Of a stretch of DNA of 49,639 nt, positions 46,096 through 49,639 are shown piece after piece. The stretch covers positions 1 to 49,639 of the forward strand of contig CAYUEL010000003.1 in assembly GCA_964443025.1 (NCBI GenBank), given 5' to 3'. Origin of the DNA: an uncultured Gammaproteobacteria bacterium (lineage in GTDB: Bacteria; Pseudomonadota; Gammaproteobacteria; JABCZS01). Position numbers and translations under genes: made by a program. Below the pieces are notes generated by a model. It saw nothing but the letters and a program-made list of their open reading frames with translations. It was not told the DNA's origin and did no database searches. Every line of letters begins with the position of its first letter. The first letter of the stretch is position 1.

Positions 46096-46181
46096 GTCAT
46101 TCCCGCGAAGGCGGGAATCCAGGAGAATTGCAAACGCTGGATCCCCGCCTTCGCGGGGATGACGGGGAATACGCGAATGAC
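46096..46181. repeat. family B palindromic element (GTCATTCCCGCGAAGGCGGGAATCC ... GGATCCCCGCCTTCGCGGGGATGAC) plus an extra half-arm
   Basis: The inverted arms span 46096-46163. An additional GGGGAATACGCGAATGAC half-arm lies at 46164-46181. In one frame it translates to the familiar spurious IPAKAGIQ/AGMT peptides. Confidence 0.85.
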
Positions 46182-46202
46182 GAAATATGATAAAATCTCC
46201 CC

Positions 46203-47720
46203 ATGTTGCAACGTGCTTTAATCAGTGTTTCTGACAAAACAAATCTTGAGCCTTTTGCCAAAGAATTGGCGGGCTTGGGAATTCAACTCCTTTCAACCGG
46301 TGGAACAGCACAAACCCTGAAGGATGCTGGCATTCCTGTGCAAGATGTGTCGGATTATACGGGCTTCCCTGAAATCATGGATGGTCGCGTCAAGACCCTA
46401 CATCCCAAAGTACATGGCGGTATTTTAGGCCGTCGTGGCACCGATGACACGGTAATGAAACAACAGGGTATTTTACCCATTGATTTGGTCGTTGTTAATT
46501 TATATCCCTTTCAACAAAATAATACGTTGAAAAATATTGATATTGGTGGCCCCACGATGATTCGTGCTGCTGCAAAAAATTATGCTGATGTGACTATTGT
46601 GGTAGATCCTGCTGATTATGAGATGATCATTAAAGAACTCAAGGCTGAAAAACAGATCCATAAAAACATCCGTTTTAAGCTGGCTGCAAAAGCTTTTGCA
46701 CATACAGCACAATACGACGCAGCCATCAGTAATTTTTTTGAAGCGCAACAAACCACCCCCCATGAATTACCCAAACATATCTCCCTGCAATTCCAACAAG
46801 TGGAATCATTGCGTTACGGTGAAAATCCCCATCAAGCAGCGGGGCTTTATAAAATCAATGCGAATGCATTTGGTTTTTCAGGCATGCAACAACATCAAGG
46901 AAAACCATTATCCTATAATAATCTTGCGGATGCGGATGCGGCCGTTGCTTGTATTCGTGAGTTTCCGAATCAAGCGGCTTGTGCGATTATCAAGCATGCG
47001 AATCCTTGTGGCGTTGCTACCGCAAACAATTTATTAACCGCTTATGAAAAAGCGTTCGCATGCGATACAACCTCTGCATTCGGCGGTATTATTGCTTTTA
47101 ACCAACCGTTGGATGTGGCGACCGCCGAAAAGATTATTGAAAACCAATTTGTCGAAGTCATTATTGCGCCTTCCGTGGATGATAACGCGTTACGCGCATT
47201 GATTGCGCGCCCTAATGTTCGCGTCTTAAGTTATCCCTTGCATACACAACACATGCAATGGCAACTACACAGTATTGATGGCGGCATGTTGATTCAAGCG
47301 CCTGATCGAGGAATGGCTTCACGTGCCGATATGCGTGTTGTCACTGAACATAAACCTGATGAACAAACATGGAACGATCTGATTTTTGCATTACATGTGG
47401 TAAAACATGTTAAATCTAATGCAATTGTCTATGCGAAAGAAGGTCAAACATTAGGGATTGGTCCTGGACAAACGGCGCGCGTTACCAGTAGCGCAATTGG
47501 TATCATGAAAGCCGATGAAGCTGGTTTTTCATTGCAAGGCGCTGTGATGGCATCGGATGCATTCTTTCCATTCCGTGATAGCATCGATAATGCTGCAAAA
47601 ACAGGCATTAAAGCCATTATTCAGCCCGGTGGATCCAAACGCGATGATGAAGTTGTTCAAGCCGCAAATGAACATGGTTTGATCATGGTGTTCACGAACA
47701 TGCGGCATTTTAAGCATTAA
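46203..47720 (+). CDS. purH: bifunctional AICAR transformylase / IMP cyclohydrolase
   Basis: RALISVSDKTNLEPFAKEL..LLSTGGTA at the N-terminus, and full-length PurH similarity. 505 aa. Confidence 0.95.
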   Translation: MLQRALISVSDKTNLEPFAKELAGLGIQLLSTGGTAQTLKDAGIPVQDVSDYTGFPEIMDGRVKTLHPKVHGGILGRRGTDDTVMKQQGILPIDLVVVNLYPFQQNNTLKNIDIGGPTMIRAAAKNYADVTIVVDPADYEMIIKELKAEKQIHKNIRFKLAAKAFAHTAQYDAAISNFFEAQQTTPHELPKHISLQFQQVESLRYGENPHQAAGLYKINANAFGFSGMQQHQGKPLSYNNLADADAAVACIREFPNQAACAIIKHANPCGVATANNLLTAYEKAFACDTTSAFGGIIAFNQPLDVATAEKIIENQFVEVIIAPSVDDNALRALIARPNVRVLSYPLHTQHMQWQLHSIDGGMLIQAPDRGMASRADMRVVTEHKPDEQTWNDLIFALHVVKHVKSNAIVYAKEGQTLGIGPGQTARVTSSAIGIMKADEAGFSLQGAVMASDAFFPFRDSIDNAAKTGIKAIIQPGGSKRDDEVVQAANEHGLIMVFTNMRHFKH

Positions 47721-47732
47721 ATAAGGCATTGT

Positions 47733-49007
47733 ATGAAAGTGTTGATTATCGGGAATGGCGGTCGTGAACATGCATTAGCATACAAAGTTGCTCAATCCCA
47801 TCATGTTGATCAAATTTTTGTAGCACCGGGTAATGCGGGAACAGCCCATGAAACTAAAACACAAAATGTTGCTATTTCTGTGACAGACATTCCTAAATTA
47901 GTAGCGTTTGCCAAAGAACATCAGGTTGATTTAACTATTGTTGGACCCGAAGCTCCTTTAGTCGCCGGTGTTGTGGATGCTTTTCTCAAAGCAGGGTTGC
48001 GTTGCTTTGGTCCAACAAAAGCGTGCGCGCAATTAGAAGGTTCAAAAGATTTTTGCAAACGTTTCTTTGTAGCGAATCATATTCCCACTGCAAAGTATCA
48101 AACATTTTCAGATGTCCCTTCTGCGCTTGAATACCTACGTAAACAATTGTTTCCCATTGTATTGAAAGCCGATGGTTTGGCTGCAGGAAAAGGGGTGATC
48201 ATCGCACAAGACTTTTCGCAAGCCGAACAAACATTGATCGATATGCTTGAAGCCAATCGCTTTGGTGATGCGGGTGCAAAAGTCGTTATCGAAGAATTTC
48301 TACAGGGTGAAGAAGTCAGTTTTATTGTGATGTGTGATGGTCAACATGCATTGCCATTGGCAACATCGCAAGATCACAAAGCGCGCGATGACGGTGATAA
48401 AGGCCCTAATACCGGTGGGATGGGCGCTTATTCACCCGCACCTATTGTCGATGCAACATTACATCAACGTATCATGCAAGAGGTAATATTGCCAACATTG
48501 CGCGGTATGCAAGACCGTGGGACGCCTTATACCGGCTTTTTATATGCCGGATTGATGATCGCACCTGATGGCACGCCTAAGGTGTTGGAATACAATTGCC
48601 GGTTTGGTGACCCCGAAACACAACCTATTTTAATGCGATTGCAATCGGATCTTGTTGAATTGTGTATCGCCGCATTGGAAGGGCGGTTGGATCAAGTAAA
48701 CGCGCAATGGGATTCACGTTCTGCGTTAGGTGTTGTGATGGCAGCGGGCGGTTATCCTGATCATTACCGCAAAGGCGATATCATTCAAGGATTAGATCGC
48801 ATTGACCCCGATGTTAAAGTATTTCACGCAGGAACGGCCGATAAAAATGGTGACGTGTTAACACAAGGTGGGCGCGTACTTTGCGTAACCGCATTAGGCA
48901 ATACGATTCAAGAGGCTCAACAAAAAGCTTATACGAATGTTAAACGTATTCATTGGCCAGATGTTTATTATCGAAACGATATTGGATTTAAGGCGATTCA
49001 GAAGTGA
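47733..49007 (+). CDS. purD: phosphoribosylamine--glycine ligase
   Basis: MKVLIIGNGGREHALAYK at the N-terminus and an ATP-grasp fold. 424 aa. Confidence 0.95.
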   Translation: MKVLIIGNGGREHALAYKVAQSHHVDQIFVAPGNAGTAHETKTQNVAISVTDIPKLVAFAKEHQVDLTIVGPEAPLVAGVVDAFLKAGLRCFGPTKACAQLEGSKDFCKRFFVANHIPTAKYQTFSDVPSALEYLRKQLFPIVLKADGLAAGKGVIIAQDFSQAEQTLIDMLEANRFGDAGAKVVIEEFLQGEEVSFIVMCDGQHALPLATSQDHKARDDGDKGPNTGGMGAYSPAPIVDATLHQRIMQEVILPTLRGMQDRGTPYTGFLYAGLMIAPDGTPKVLEYNCRFGDPETQPILMRLQSDLVELCIAALEGRLDQVNAQWDSRSALGVVMAAGGYPDHYRKGDIIQGLDRIDPDVKVFHAGTADKNGDVLTQGGRVLCVTALGNTIQEAQQKAYTNVKRIHWPDVYYRNDIGFKAIQK

Positions 49008-49014
49008 AAAGCCC

Positions 49015-49095
49015 GTCTTTGCGAGGCCCTTAGGCCGAAGCAATCCATTCTTGTTATGCAGTGGATTGCTTCGCCTGTGCGAGGCTCGCAATGAC
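49015..49095. repeat. 81-bp nested-palindrome intergenic repeat, family A copy 3
   Basis: GTCTTTGCGAG..CGAAGCAATCC..GGATTGCTTCG..CTCGCAATGAC. It starts 8 nt after the purD stop. Confidence 0.85.
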
Positions 49096-49103
49096 AGAAT
49101 ATT

Positions 49104-49229
49104 TCATTCATCCGGTTCTTCTTTCGGCGGAATACGGTGAGGGATTACATTGGTATAAACGCCGGAACAACTGATTAAAAACATCACCAACACAAAACTT
49201 GAAATTACTTTACAATAAGATAACCGCAT
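49104..49229 (-). CDS. candidate 41-aa lipoprotein (small ORF absent from the track)
   Basis: My hand translation gives MRLSYCKVISSFVLVMFLISCSGVYTNVIPHRIPPKEEPDE. It has a lipobox-like L-I-S-C after a hydrophobic stretch, and GAGG lies 5 nt upstream of the ATG. There is no homology evidence. Confidence 0.3.
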   Translation of the reverse strand: MRLSYCKVISSFVLVMFLISCSGVYTNVIPHRIPPKEEPDE

Positions 49230-49251
49230 AAATACCTCAGGATAAACCTAC

Positions 49252-49639
49252 ATGTACAGTGATGCCTATTACGTTCATCGACTACTTGAGCAGTTGCAAT
49301 CGTTGGAGCAGCGCCTCAGTAACGCCGTTGGCATCGACGCCGCTTTAACCCAGCGCTGCGCTACATTAACCCACAAAATACAAAAGCTCATTGCTAGCGC
49401 GGATGATAACACGCTGCAAAGTGTATTTGAAGTCACTTTATTACCCAACTTGGATGCTTTATTACTCGACGCTAACTACCACCTGAAGCTCAAAAAATAC
49501 ACCCAAGCCACGATCAGCCGTTCATCCCCACGAGAGCGCACGCTTGATGCCCCCAAGGCCCTCGCCACCCCTTCCGTGCCACATCATCTACCCAACCCCA
49601 ATCCACCTTACATGGACACCAGCCGCGCCAAAATTGCAG
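49252..49639 (+). CDS. hypothetical protein, N-terminal 129 codons (open to the window edge)
   Basis: My hand translation from ATG 49252 stays open to the window end: MYSDAYYVHRLLEQLQSLEQRLSNAVGIDAALTQRCATLTHKIQKLIASADDNTLQSVFEV... It is GC-richer than its surroundings and I recognise no motif. Confidence 0.45.
   Translation, partial: MYSDAYYVHRLLEQLQSLEQRLSNAVGIDAALTQRCATLTHKIQKLIASADDNTLQSVFEVTLLPNLDALLLDANYHLKLKKYTQATISRSSPRERTLDAPKALATPSVPHHLPNPNPPYMDTSRAKIA

Noticed and set aside
46121-46140. A PurR-box-like TTGCAAACGCTGG in front of purH.
   Set aside because: It is the central loop of the family B palindromic repeat and only partially matches the E. coli PUR box. It is most likely coincidental.

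Overview
This 49.6-kb chromosomal window comes from an AT-rich gammaproteobacterium, roughly 40% GC on hand-counted lines. A Legionellales-like, possibly host-associated organism is suggested by four things, but this is inference only. They are a Pseudomonas-like waaF-waaC-waaG-waaP inner-core LPS gene order, groESL with both CIRCE and a sigma32 promoter, GTCATTGCGAG and GTCATTCCCGCG palindromic intergenic repeats, and several orphan coiled-coil or acidic proteins.

Most of the window is ordinary housekeeping: partial bioF plus bioB, a comF-like gene, an NDUFA9-like SDR, cca, an RRM protein, argS, a SPOR protein, bcp, hslVU, ubiE-ubiJ-ubiB, tatABC, hinT, waaA-hldD-hldE, an epimerase, a triple LPS kinase, waaG-waaC-waaF, ilvE, a PQQ dehydrogenase, groESL, dsbD-aroQ-accBC, fis and purHD.

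Unusual content:
1. A UPF0175/DUF3368-PIN toxin-antitoxin cassette plus an orphan gene lie between duplicated, diverged copies of the ubiB 3-prime / tatC 3-prime convergent junction.
2. A four-part accessory insert splits the LPS core genes. It holds a 643-aa orphan membrane protein, a Phd-like/XRE regulator, a GC-rich promoter-to-terminator RNA unit with TTAGCA-N3-TGCTAA operators, and an AAA ATPase / PD-(D/E)xK-like gene preceded by twin 31-bp palindromes.
3. Two diverged paralogous coiled-coil orphan genes each carry a 114-bp near-identical promoter and 5-prime UTR, and the second unit also carries a remnant of the glycosyltransferase 3-prime end.
4. waaF contains a T15 homopolymer.
5. An orphan 514-aa/160-aa gene pair is coupled to dsbD.
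6. There are three repeat families, including a 21-bp tandem array in front of a purH that lacks a Shine-Dalgarno sequence.

I saw no rRNA, tRNA, CRISPR array, transposase or integrase gene.
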